A stretch of 64,000 bases of DNA from Bacillales bacterium (GCA_029006735.1 JAQXGN010000022.1:9640-73639), one strand, 5' to 3'; counted from the first letter of the stretch, positions 14,401 through 19,952 are shown. Translations and numbers: made by a program. The notes: generated from the letters alone by a model not told the origin.

Positions 14401-15684
14401 ATCTAACGCTGCAGATAATTGATAATCACCAATCATAATTGATGCAACATCTTCTTCAGGAATGATAGTTGTATAAAAATAACATGGATTATCTTCGCCT
14501 GGATTTTGTGTTCCACCTTTATATCTTAAATTTCCATTATATTGATCATGTAAAATTTTTGCAGGTTCTCCATTAGATTTTTTAAATGAATAAGAAACTA
14601 AATCATTTGATCCATTATGAGAATCATCTTGCCAAATAAATTGAACACTTTTCCCATCAAAATCAATAACAGATGAATTAGTATTTGTTGAAGCTATTTG
14701 GCTTGCTAAAATCTTTGTGCCACTTTTTGTAGTAAATGCACCATCTTCAAAATAAATTTTATCACTATAATCAACATAACCGGAAACATATGTTGCAGAA
14801 CCTTCTGGAACAAATAATTCTGTACCAATTGAAGTATAATCAATTGTTTGAATTGTCTTTCCATCAAGGTTCATGGTAGAAATTTCATAATAAGCATGGT
14901 CAAAGGAAGAAACATAATAACTAATATTTTCTTTTGATTGTAAAACTAAAGTATCAAATTCTTCATTTTCAAATGTGGAATCAGAATAGAATTTAATTTC
15001 ATTAAATAGTTTTCCTTGTTCATTCATAACATTATATTTACGAATATAGTTTGTTGTACCTAAAATAGTAACTTTTTCTAGATTAGGCATTCCATTAAAC
15101 GCACCATCATAAACATAATTAATCGTTCTTGGAATAATGACATGACGAACAATACTTGTTGAATTAAAACCATTAGATCCTAAATCATCATAAGTATTAT
15201 AATATCCTCCTAAAATTTGAGTGACAGGAATTGTAAATAATTTTGATTCATTAAATTTAGATTGATTTTTAACATCTTCTAAATCGTAGTTATACCAACG
15301 ATAATCTGTTTTACCTTTTTCATCAACAAAAGTAATTTTTAATTCTGGATATTCAGGAATATAAGCAATCTCACTAAATCCTTCATATCGAGCAATCGCA
15401 AAGCCTTCAATAGAATCGACTAAATCATAAGGAATACTATCTAAAGCATAATATTCATAACCTTGTTGGTTAACAATATTTGGAATTGCAGCATAAAAAG
15501 TAAAATCATTTTCAGTTGGGTTAATTGGCTCAGTAACGATAGGTTGTTGTTCTTCATTCTCAGCCCAATATGCTAATGCTATATGAATTGTCTCAATTAA
15601 AGAAGCGGTTGCAAAAATCGCACTTAAACAACCGATAATTAATTTTTTCTGATTTTTAACAATGAAATCTTTTATCTTTCCCAT
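1..15684 (-). CDS. Giant secreted/cell-surface repeat protein, 5' part only. 5,228 codons are visible and the stop codon lies beyond the left edge of the window.
   Basis: ATG at 15684-15682 (minus) follows an AAAGGAAAA RBS. I hand-translated one frame (plus-strand triplets starting at positions equal to 1 mod 3). It gives coherent protein with no in-frame tta/cta/tca at 15684-15061 (MGKIKDFIVKNQKKLIIGCLSAIFATASLIETIHIALAYWAENEEQQP...), 11941-12000, 9181-9600, 8041-8100, 6781-6840, 5281-5400, 2881-3000, 781-960, 661-690 and 1-120. Any in-frame stop would have produced a closed ORF starting at 15684, and that ORF would appear in the supplied track. It does not, so the ORF must run off the edge. 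Confidence 0.85.
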   Translation of the reverse strand, partial: MGKIKDFIVKNQKKLIIGCLSAIFATASLIETIHIALAYWAENEEQQPIVTEPINPTENDFTFYAAIPNIVNQQGYEYYALDSIPYDLVDSIEGFAIARYEGFSEIAYIPEYPELKITFVDEKGKTDYRWYNYDLEDVKNQSKFNESKLFTIPVTQILGGYYNTYDDLGSNGFNSTSIVRHVIIPRTINYVYDGAFNGMPNLEKVTILGTTNYIRKYNVMNEQGKLFNEIKFYSDSTFENEEFDTLVLQSKENISYYVSSFDHAYYEISTMNLDGKTIQTIDYTSIGTELFVPEGSATYVSGYVDYSDKIYFEDGAFTTKSGTKILASQIASTNTNSSVIDFDGKSVQFIWQDDSHNGSNDLVSYSFKKSNGEPAKILHDQYNGNLRYKGGTQNPGEDNPCYFYTTIIPEEDVASIMIGDYQLSAALDANTKYTLRFVKGKDYWTLTTVKYTYKINYTASDGRIVEDMLSLNVKEDSFEEYSYDLGVYNYPTLKVYETKTIYGVNEDRLLTSFDVSYLNASYASENHKYQVKFSPCHIYNSIHYYNEMINDVDYLLEVKTQSRIGVERIYYLNEIISVNDDKIIVNFTIPEYWDGYEGDVYLKAYSLYDKTQEVLYYDGKSNPTTNNEAYQMTKVGSTYKYEFDLDYGAPMYISFYRLDDSGKIIEGEDVPWTLTGAQTTSNTFTLNGKEYNYSYESEALNNEAIKSTTSAAVYTVKSMDNHVIHGTTNQYIYLDLYKGTSEIPDGGGIGGAIIGSTKETDEGIYSTYMTNGGYYDNRYKEDLQYIKVIFYKTNAITNDNYEYVVNHNYKTGDDLYYIEVPEGYNYCRFLWYSYADEKPIGDTNDTNTNGLLPVVFGDVYQGHTRLRRSGLLMFAYTFFSKEEAYQNGLDPNYIYVNASYITKTNYDILYAEQKDENGNKVVSKFEEVKTYYYKATSDATTGTRVEFDNAQDLYTSEISQLYIDATLKYPINDYFIRIEKIPNLDSFKMYVVSNYSIFTEKEQLSIIGSYEFIRNNANSSFEEYYYDGEIGKYIKEYNATNGTSLNATYLISSFLNDGEAGEKGIYNSYGTTTADSSLGAFSLDKENTLLLFTPNENCEYSNVSYNVIDETGNVVSKLSFDRNATSKNGYQTFVGTVPLRGRDDSYFKVVSTGNNPQVIGYFILLSNGNYQFVASSESKALSSGSSSIIGGTTTDTKVDLTTSDDIYSTIVNQGSSTGIDRQYDYYLIGSFNNWKVSNSYGLVYNKTLTDNLGTGSNKKGSVYTITGIFLNKGDKFRISTGDAFINTIENVSLPTDDIIYVNDATNSDYRKYIVQTTGYYNINVSHTTTNINIGNLNLYSNFQYKVTFEVNNNDEVLNESISLYFKDENEWSLVNGNTINYALYHDDTFIASGTMLEKDQNNKALIVNGQTGWLSAKYIYRYASLLPNKVVFSCTSDEVGVKTTVPLSFTITEQVKATGCIFFTPKIVNKEVAKNSDNNAYLYNDGTEYLYTIRSNKNWSVNLAGLLYDVKNDRFFAEDVQLDVGQQVLIYDWQGKSYTLNQDYSWDYVANASQALIVGKNGSYLVTLQVTANGKIGRIVEYTLPYVDTTDTELNNSIVLVSKADGLVSATYSLQSTFNRTQFYADIILAQNYTIRVSYKGKTYSYTPVGLSEEEKTYRLYFSAIENMNLDEYHEVIKNWDDTRCNLSNKEFLEITFSPAAIFDGSYINIDYDSNNIKNIASTGNAYSISFKEQTNEFYAIVGDKKLSMLWVNDFGGGIESEYSVYTTTVTTIEANQEIRIVDKDGNSLLKKPFIICFPGTYVIYYCGSEIYYNHDTAADGSFSNCDAVRVQGETNYFLYIANKVVYDSLTNKYNNEYEEYKLDSTFIVPNTIKLENNPIKVTDANENVVSEIKQVTLYDYIEVPFESIVAENNYYYYNKDSKSYSPIKGGNCVSGKTYYRLVINNISSIEPGVYDLDYSIDNRRRQDDTYFVFTYVKLTRLPASSINLFYYQNQYYNEDETYFATNVYVQEKVTSDNFDSLKDKLVEFVKTDELISGKTYYVITGTDPNGNPILSEVMVNAFEKDVDYYVFNKITKDDTYDPTVKYYYYGFTQVDVDASNFNDGEYFYYQETTKDDVFSPDVTYYIKTGSGYVPTAVSIFNPNVTYYVMKQFDDRIDTIDPNITYYVIKKDENGDDVFIESKLTVNTGLFVIGDVGTLNYIEYGTQIDDTKEYYIYFNNNGTETYTKVDKFYIDPQSGYYKIEYVNQDAAGNRKAVTLTSLDGAKSYFKYVDGHYESVNVIALSDAYYFIDDNETIYTNETVRLDDKSILDVDYYSMDINQSLTYEENQYLKNDTYYYVPGTTNTIINKGAAEDRIVYSKQDNKYVEANPNLANGIYYTMDTNSPKLNTIGDISNKYDKGELLVTKNGDNYAGILDIGDVILDNELYFERKINEDDEGVETCPVKSHSYVNGFSDYYFKINVGQNVYDKDGNEVELHFYNNVDGETNGLNYQYGSRTEGFWPFRVYYYYTCLAIKNGDSYTKVNVHDTYDPNQTYYKAEFDENGNYHANKDVDGIVVDSVYVYRYVNNSQYIATFKVDNNGKIVEDAAYNNFPNGPLMIVDFNNSELHYGTSVWNKSEVTKYSTTFAKKDDLKKNTWYTNGRVTNSEKYTGDIKVRTSIGVNESITLYPTNQGENQLIYDQVINVYKNLNKTYNNDYITYSNLLSIIDNDNISNNRSTAQLSYKDGEAYKKYIDLVTNSDSLSGNDLYIAIYKLIKTSDYYSVKNIVNEQYDPLVDYLRKTDDNKAIVQVQSGESMYLDGTYYKSPTKVDNSTSLKYLIDNDFTTLLVKNNNEYIERNEVSLDKVYYVISNGRQSNYYLDRDNRTLYKKTSDTTFEVVLEDTFNGVYVTAEQYENMHQYDTTGNEKYFALTNNDGKNILTQVNNVKLDQKYYYDINARATIKDELYVDSYHYFTYDAENGVYTQVSKKDALDTSVEGRYYISEVTQGKVDFVVGEDEVYTIKHDEGSVVDGILVAPVYRPTTFEEGDFTTAIRNGGYYYFKKATVYNDATTYYQKNNYLSLAGNNGDGKITENQFRISLNGGGPNGLNIIYYVMDEDADLSRFDPALRDNYFVGYIYKDTYIKAEFPELKNDNYYDKVDGVPSSFNEDSIYFVLSSAALSEKVIDVSTLVHDGKGYIVQPYEFSGGTEGYEYYYYGSYNQFVEKDSVISLVLYQSLGNNAPTGKRFAYWSVDYQDSVSLSNGGGTTGAKHYSDGAIIDLKELDGPLVLYPVFEEAKYVVTFSTGVGYSIEMKQNGVWERAQATTISNSELEIRIKIEKGYTKSNIMITGVDDLIPTESDGYIHYTIPSTITDDVNVRVFVIANTYSAFLDLNPSGNFTSNKDYRLDTTVVDDIVYNQSYTFPIPVKVEANVGYIFVGWFDQNDTQITNYLGKTLKSWSFDYDVTLYAHWTNAFSVNIERTYIEITKEGETVELKKETLTLNESYGNSVSVTVDNIPGYECDEGSIKIYTEAGNVPYSKTEKMYSFTMPLNNVDFKVTYIRKLYKIEYDLSSGTLAEGLENPTEFTVDTETFTLNNPTKVGYSFVGWKSTDGTTAKTVIINKGSVGDRKYVAVFTPEVYTISMRVQPTGEVKIQEYTIETETFTLTAPTVKGYTFSLFTDTSNNSTYTEIVIEKGTIGNKSYRCDYIPVTYSYSCYALEEDDTTCAAGTYTVLSNDISIPAPERRGYAFLGWSLLITDEGCEDINEITGPNAKIIKGSTGNRRYIARWEVVSYNIKYNLNGGSYGEDVVVPAQYNIEISVVIPTPSLRGYTFKGWYVNGEYVAYTGEDYVISIGNAGDITLEANWEKTIYTITYQVDVNGHVGALPDGETSFGPDTYMIDTPTFTLNNPYVEGYTFLGWKEEGEDDSLYQNPMTITINSVGNHNFVAVYSPNEYVVTYDCNGGNSLSSSTVTYDQEYTLKVPTRVAYEFAGWYIYLGLDENENKIYVPLDSNGIWTMADDVTVVAMWVPTIYTIEIVYPSYIDTDGNVVEQRIQKGEYTIETDSMIINLAEEIIGYTFINWTLELQLEKDGEILTSNVDYIQIIKGDSYGNRRYLANYEAIEYSLTYDLNGGSVSNNPTQFTIETETFSLNNPTRVGYNFTGWKVYVDGKYLEPTSENFNSVIAKGSINNRLYIATWEPIVYTLTYDLAGGTLSGENPSSYTIETSTFSLNNPTRLGYKFLGWIEEVDGTSKPANDHMEIAQGSIGNRKYIASWEEIVYTVTYQAINVETGKACIGDIIKNGIRETFTVTNPITFNVSNAISVNGYSFSYWEIENTNGVYEDIVVKAYFTINTYNVSYKVVNQSGNILFGYTYNTTIRDTFTVENPIDFTTYTPSLDGYEFKSWSKENTSSVYNDLEVVGTMEVIVYRATLSYVNQNNSVLNGVEGLTTIDFSVENPIDFTKLNASKAGYSFNSNNSWLYNDSSITSTNGIYEDINVVGKLTVIEYHVTYKAVNSKGDTLSNATTSAPTIFTVENPIVFIDYTMNRDGYSFSGWDRVNTSATYEDIVVTASMTPITYKITYEYKSTSGIILTEVSNNAPTTYIVEDVIDFVNDDYIVTKQGYNFKSYSIQKLENEYGDKIVTVTLEPITYTITYKVLSSSGKDITTSANLSSLPTTYTAENKVYFSGRVISINGYEFGSWSISSTEGYFENLDVTINMNLLTYTITYKVLSSSGKDITLKVDLSSLPTEFTVENEVRFNEYYITSSGYAFSNWDKNNTTSTYKDIVVTASMTPITYKITYEYKSTSGISLTEVSNNAPTTYIVEDVIDYDNYQATKLGYNFKSYSIQRLENEYGNKIVTVTLEPITYTISFEYGEALGSTIVTKPYPSSITYTIESNSINLSNPSRDGYVFNGWKDDGYPISVIKAGSHRDYELKASWTAKQYTLEFNSGEGSNVSSFVVTFDQPYSLSQPTLRGYEFVGWYYNGELLDQNGNWTYDCGDNKKTVTLNAIWDIIHYKITYNLNGGENNPNNPSTFTVKDKITLADASKPGYDFVYWVIGELTRISVIDGTTMQDISDIVLNAVYKVHTYNITYKIVNYDWEERTGNNFKINNNTTYTVKNYFELIDGSAEGYEFIGWYLEINNEESEITSLSGYLEDLTIYGRFKVIEYDINYKYVKKGSVDTIYNASDVIVSNTNSTKYSIEKPVLNDEIIKDNITVKEGYIVNSIGSYDDENYFNSITYETYKGAS
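1151..2065. repeat. Near-identical intragenic direct DNA repeats (recent duplication of Flg_new modules)
   Basis: 1264-1408 versus 1921-2065: about 145 nt with 2 mismatches, offset 657 nt. 1532-1581 versus 1751-1800: 50 nt identical, offset 219 nt (73 codons). 1151-1230 versus 1801-1880 are also closely similar, offset 651 nt. Other modules of the array are far more diverged at the DNA level. Confidence 0.85.
6700..9720 (-). repeat. Tyr-Tyr (D-P-x-x-T-Y-Y) repeat region of the giant CDS, about 20 aa per unit
   Basis: Hand translation of 9600-9181 gives FVKTDELISGKTYYVITGTDPNGNPILSEVMVNAFEKDVDYYVFNKITKDDTYDPTVKYYYYGFTQVDVDASNFNDGEYFYYQETTKDDVFSPDVTYYIKTGSGYVPTAVSIFNPNVTYYVMKQFDDRIDTIDPNITYYV. 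The YY pairs fall exactly 60 nt apart over five units. The same motif recurs at 8041-8100 (TYDPNQTYYKAEFDENGNYH), and related text occurs at 6781-6840 (DSYHYFTYDAENGVYTQVSK). The outer boundaries are approximate. Confidence 0.65.
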
Positions 15685-15727
15685 AGCATTTTCCTTTCTT
15701 GCTTACAAAATATTTTTACCCAACCTT

Positions 15728-17011
15728 TTATTCTTGCGGAGTTTCTACCTCTTTTACCTCAATTTCGTAAGCGATATTAATATCTAAACGATTTGCTAAC
15801 CATAAATCACCATCTAATAATTCATCTGGTACTTTATAGTAAACTGCAGTAAGTACATAATATGTCTTATTGAATTCAAGTCCTTCTAATGATACTTGCA
15901 TTGAGAATTTATCTTCAGTAGAAGTATCAAATGGAACAATATTATAATAATTTGCATTTGTATTAATCCAAGTTTCTGATTGAGAATCTGGCACTAATCG
16001 ATATGATGTTGAACCTTTATTCTCTTTAAATCGATATAAACGATTTGTAACATGTTCATAATATGTATCCATATCAGCATTTATTGGATTATCTACTTTA
16101 ATAAGGGTATAGAAATCCTTACCAGTAGTATCTTGCGTTGTACATAATTCATATTGATCTGCGTCTTTGTTATAAAAGAAATAACTTGGATTTATGATAG
16201 AAATTGAAGATGGAGTTTGAATTTTTGATGCAACATAATACTCTTTATTTGCATTTACAACTTTATCTTCGGTTTTAACATATCGGCCTTTTTCTAATGG
16301 ATCATAGAACATTTCTGAGATTGTTTTCTTACTTGAAGCATCTTTATTAATAACTGTAGAAATTTCAGATAATGTTCCATCATTAATTTTGCTATCAAAT
16401 ACATAGAAAGAGAATGCAAGTGCATCTTTTTGTTTTAATGAATGTAACCCAGCATTAGATTTATCGTGATGTAAAATATCATAATAATCGACATCAATTT
16501 TAAATAATGCATTCTTTTCAGCATCATTAGAAGTTGAACCAAGTCTTAATGAGAATTGACGATAAATAACAGAACCTGGTTCTTCTAAATATTCACTTTT
16601 TGGCACTAATTTCTTAATACCTAAGTTCTCATCATTATTTAATACATAACTTTCAAATAGTGGTTCATTATTTGATGGATTAAGAACTTCTGTTGTCTTT
16701 GCTAATGTATTTTTATCAACTGGAATGTGGAACATTGATTGTTCATATTTACCATTTAAATATTCTTCTTTATTGAATGTGTTATTTATAACACCTTGTT
16801 TCATTTTCGCAGGAACTAATGTACCATCAACATCTTTATACGATGAGAATGAGAAAGCAATCGCACTACCTTCTGTTGTTGGAACATCAACTTTTAAGTT
16901 ACCGCCATTAGACATTTTATACCAAGCAAAAGAAGCTACTATTAAAGTAGTAACAAGCATCAATGATGATGTTATTAATGTTATTTGTCTTTTTAAGTTA
17001 TTAATAACCAT
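15728..17011 (-). CDS. Hypothetical secreted/membrane-anchored protein (427 aa), second gene of the giant-protein operon
   Basis: Complete ORF in the track, with an AAAGGAAAAG RBS. N-terminus is MVINNLKRQITLITSSLMLVTTLIVASFAWYKMSNGGNLKVDV (basic n-region, hydrophobic core, FAWY motif). It lies 26 nt downstream of the 840-aa gene and 43 nt upstream of the giant gene. No family recognised. Confidence 0.8.
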   Translation of the reverse strand: MVINNLKRQITLITSSLMLVTTLIVASFAWYKMSNGGNLKVDVPTTEGSAIAFSFSSYKDVDGTLVPAKMKQGVINNTFNKEEYLNGKYEQSMFHIPVDKNTLAKTTEVLNPSNNEPLFESYVLNNDENLGIKKLVPKSEYLEEPGSVIYRQFSLRLGSTSNDAEKNALFKIDVDYYDILHHDKSNAGLHSLKQKDALAFSFYVFDSKINDGTLSEISTVINKDASSKKTISEMFYDPLEKGRYVKTEDKVVNANKEYYVASKIQTPSSISIINPSYFFYNKDADQYELCTTQDTTGKDFYTLIKVDNPINADMDTYYEHVTNRLYRFKENKGSTSYRLVPDSQSETWINTNANYYNIVPFDTSTEDKFSMQVSLEGLEFNKTYYVLTAVYYKVPDELLDGDLWLANRLDINIAYEIEVKEVETPQE

Positions 17012-17037
17012 AAACTTCTTTTCCTTTCTTTTCCTAA

Positions 17038-19560
17038 TTACTTAACGTCTAAAATATTGATATTACCATGAATTTCTGCTTCAGAAGATTCTTCATTGAT
17101 TATTTCATAATAATAAAGCATAAATGCATATGATCTCTTCTCAAGATTTTCAATTCTTCCTAAAACTGTAGATTGTTTAAAATATGGCATCGTTACATTC
17201 GATCCAGATTCACTAGATTCATAAGAGATACCAAATGGATTCAATGATTCATAGCCGAAATACAACATATTATTTTTATTAGCAATATTGAATTGTTGTT
17301 TATCTAATTCAATATATCTTAATGCCCCATTAGAGCAAGTGAAATATACCTTTGCATTAGTGATTGTTTTAGATGAACTATAAGCACTATTTACTTCATA
17401 TGTTTTTACAAAATACGAATTATAAACAGTTGAACCTGGTTCGACATCTACTTTAGTAAATGATGCACCAGTTGCTGATCCATCTTGATAGTAATACTTA
17501 CCATCATGTCCAACATAATTACCTGTACCATTACCACCCAGTTCATAATATTCAACACCTTCCATTGCTGTATAGTGATTGCAAAGAACATAATATGGAG
17601 TAAGCGATACATCGTATGTATTTGCTTCATAATATTCACCTTGATTAAATACAGTTTCGGATACACCAGTTGCAGGAGTGAAAGTGTAATAAATCTTTGA
17701 AGCAAGATAATTATCATCATTAGTCAATTTGTATGTATTACCATCTTTTACATAGTAGAAACGTAAATCAACATCATTTCCTTTACCCATTCCAATCTCA
17801 TTAATTGTAAAGTATTTTGTTTTTAAATCGAATGATGTAGCTTTACTAATAACACCTGGCATTTGTGTTAATTTATATGCATCAGTAGCAGTCCAAGAGT
17901 TAGTAACACATTTTACCCACCATTCTGCAGGTTGAGTTTCTACATCGTTAATTTTGTGATATACAACAGTAACATTATTTGCATCAGATACTTTTCCTGT
18001 ATCAACACTCTTTGGAACAATTGCATAGATATAATAAGTTCCTGGAGCAATAGTAATTCGATTGCCTAAACCATTTTGATAGACATCCATATTTGTGGAA
18101 ATCAAATCGAAATTAAAGATTTCTGTTGAAGTAATTGGTGTAGACGTTCTATAAATTGTATAGTCATTCGAATTAAATGAAGCTAAATGATCGATATACC
18201 ATTTATTAACTACTGCAGAATATACTCCATTAACTGCGTTTGTATATGCTTCATTAATGTAAGAAACTGCATCACCTAATTCATTAGCATCAGTTAATGG
18301 AAGAAGTTTATCTTTACCCCATGAGTTCGTATCGCCTTCGTATGCAATTTGGATACTTGCATCTGTAGTAACAATAATTTCATAGTGATCACGGAATACT
18401 GTAACAACAATTGAGTATTGTCCAGCAGCAAGAGTCTTGTAGTATTCAACTTCCTTACCATTAATAATCGTAGTTCCTACGCTAGATGGATCGAAGTTAA
18501 CAAATCCTTTAATATATTCTTCAGTTAAAACATTGTAAATACGTAAGTATTCATCCATTTTAGCATTATAATCATATGTGTATTTTGTAATCCAATCAGA
18601 TGTATCGACACGAGAAGAGTTATTTGTAATAGTTGTTGGAGCCATTCTTGTATCTGGATTTTCATTTGATTCAAGAGTGATATATTTGTTATTTGTTGAA
18701 GAAACAAATTTTAAATCCAAAGTAAATTGACAACCAGTAAACATCGTATCAGAGAATACGAATCGGTTATTTGATCCATTATGGAATTTAATACCGATAT
18801 AATAAACTAACGAACCATTTTCAGTCGCAGGATCATCTTTATCAAGAATCATAATAGAAGAAGAAGCGAATTTATAGATTGTCTCATTGACGCTTTCTTT
18901 TTCTAACATAATAACTTTCCATTGGTTATATGATAAATCATTTGGTGAAGTAACATTGCCCTCTTCATCACAAATAGGATCTAAATCAATTTGTAATCTC
19001 TTTGCTTCTTCATATGTTGTCACTTCTTCATCGTTACTATCTAAGTAAGCAATTTTTTCATCAGCCAAGAAATCCAAATCAGAAATATTGTTAATTAAAT
19101 TTTGATCAAATCCATTTCCATTTTCATCTTTCTCCCAATAAATAGAAACGCCATTGACATATGCCATATCAATTGAGCCATATTTTTCTAAATCAGGAAC
19201 TTCAATTACAGCTTTGATAAAGATAATGTAAGGGACATCATAGACTGAATCTAAATCAGGTAATCCTGTTTGTCCACAATAGCCAGCAAATTCAGTAGAA
19301 GAGTCAACTGTATAGAAATCAGTGACATTGCCATCGTCGTCTTTAGTAAAGGAATTTGAATAACTATCACCAATAATATCAATAATAGCATCGTAACCTT
19401 CTCCACCTTCATTGATAGTTGCAGTGATTGAAGTAGAGCAACTTGAATCTTCACTTTCAAGAACGAAAGTATACCATGCTAAAGTTGTGGTAACTAAAAT
19501 AAGAGCCATCAAAAAAGTAATGACAGGTGTAAATATTTTCATAATTAATCTTTTGCTCAT
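17038..19560 (-). CDS. Hypothetical secreted/membrane-anchored protein (840 aa), first gene of the giant-protein operon
   Basis: Complete ORF in the track, with an AAGAGGT RBS. N-terminus is MSKRLIMKIFTPVITFLMALILVTTTLAWYTFVLESED. It is rich in N/Y/T/D and contains D/T-N-S-W modules (YEGDTNSWGKDKLL, CVTNSWTATDAYKL) and YY-rich stretches like the giant protein. No family recognised. Confidence 0.8.
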   Translation of the reverse strand: MSKRLIMKIFTPVITFLMALILVTTTLAWYTFVLESEDSSCSTSITATINEGGEGYDAIIDIIGDSYSNSFTKDDDGNVTDFYTVDSSTEFAGYCGQTGLPDLDSVYDVPYIIFIKAVIEVPDLEKYGSIDMAYVNGVSIYWEKDENGNGFDQNLINNISDLDFLADEKIAYLDSNDEEVTTYEEAKRLQIDLDPICDEEGNVTSPNDLSYNQWKVIMLEKESVNETIYKFASSSIMILDKDDPATENGSLVYYIGIKFHNGSNNRFVFSDTMFTGCQFTLDLKFVSSTNNKYITLESNENPDTRMAPTTITNNSSRVDTSDWITKYTYDYNAKMDEYLRIYNVLTEEYIKGFVNFDPSSVGTTIINGKEVEYYKTLAAGQYSIVVTVFRDHYEIIVTTDASIQIAYEGDTNSWGKDKLLPLTDANELGDAVSYINEAYTNAVNGVYSAVVNKWYIDHLASFNSNDYTIYRTSTPITSTEIFNFDLISTNMDVYQNGLGNRITIAPGTYYIYAIVPKSVDTGKVSDANNVTVVYHKINDVETQPAEWWVKCVTNSWTATDAYKLTQMPGVISKATSFDLKTKYFTINEIGMGKGNDVDLRFYYVKDGNTYKLTNDDNYLASKIYYTFTPATGVSETVFNQGEYYEANTYDVSLTPYYVLCNHYTAMEGVEYYELGGNGTGNYVGHDGKYYYQDGSATGASFTKVDVEPGSTVYNSYFVKTYEVNSAYSSSKTITNAKVYFTCSNGALRYIELDKQQFNIANKNNMLYFGYESLNPFGISYESSESGSNVTMPYFKQSTVLGRIENLEKRSYAFMLYYYEIINEESSEAEIHGNINILDVK

Positions 19561-19639
19561 TTTACTTTCTACCTCTTATTTCTCAATTCATTCCAAGAGA
19601 GCGTAATACGCCCAAACCCAAAACTCATTTTGCGCATTT

Positions 19640-19668
19640 ATAGTATCATAGAGGCCAAGTAATGTCTA
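19640..19668 (-). promoter_or_regulatory. Candidate sigma-A promoter of the three-gene giant-protein operon
   Basis: Minus strand reads TAGACA (19668-19663), then 17 nt, then TG-A-TACTAT (-10 at 19645-19640, with an extended -10 TG). It lies about 80 nt upstream of the 840-aa start codon. Such matches are common in AT-rich DNA. Confidence 0.35.
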
Positions 19669-19952
19669 TAATTTTTGAATAACTTTTTATTTTATAAAAG
19701 TATTTTAGAAAGTTTTGTAAATTTACTTTTTTAAAAAAAGAAAAAAATCACTTTATTCAAGCAAATTAAAAGATATATATTTATATATATCTTTTTTTAA
19801 TCTATTTAATTTTTTTAACTCACTTTTTTTACTTTTTTAAGTATCTAAAAGTTTTTTTTATTTTTTTTGTCTTTTTTGCTTCATTTTTTTTATTCTTTAA
19901 ATACATTTTTTATACTTTTGTAGATAATTAATTTTCACTTTTCTATCTTTTT

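Noticed and set aside
15622-15651. Two features of the giant gene's 5' end: an A7 tract in codons 11-14 (15645-15651) as a phase-variation switch, and LIIGC as a lipobox.
   Set aside because: A7 runs are common in this AT-rich DNA and are shorter than typical contingency tracts. The hydrophobic segment continues for more than 20 residues after the Cys, which is atypical for a lipoprotein signal.
16725-19606. Short ORFs overlapping the 427-aa and 840-aa genes: 16725-17045 (+), 17448-17720 (-), 17485-17700 (+), 18525-18707 (-), 19251-19460 (-) and 19412-19606 (+).
   Set aside because: They are antisense or off-frame inside well-supported long CDSs, and their composition is that of shadow frames.
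19768-19795. The AT-only inverted repeat AAAAGATATATA-TTTA-TATATATCTTTT as the terminator of the carboxypeptidase gene.
   Set aside because: The stem contains a single G:C pair and would be very weak. I kept it only as part of the T-tract observation.
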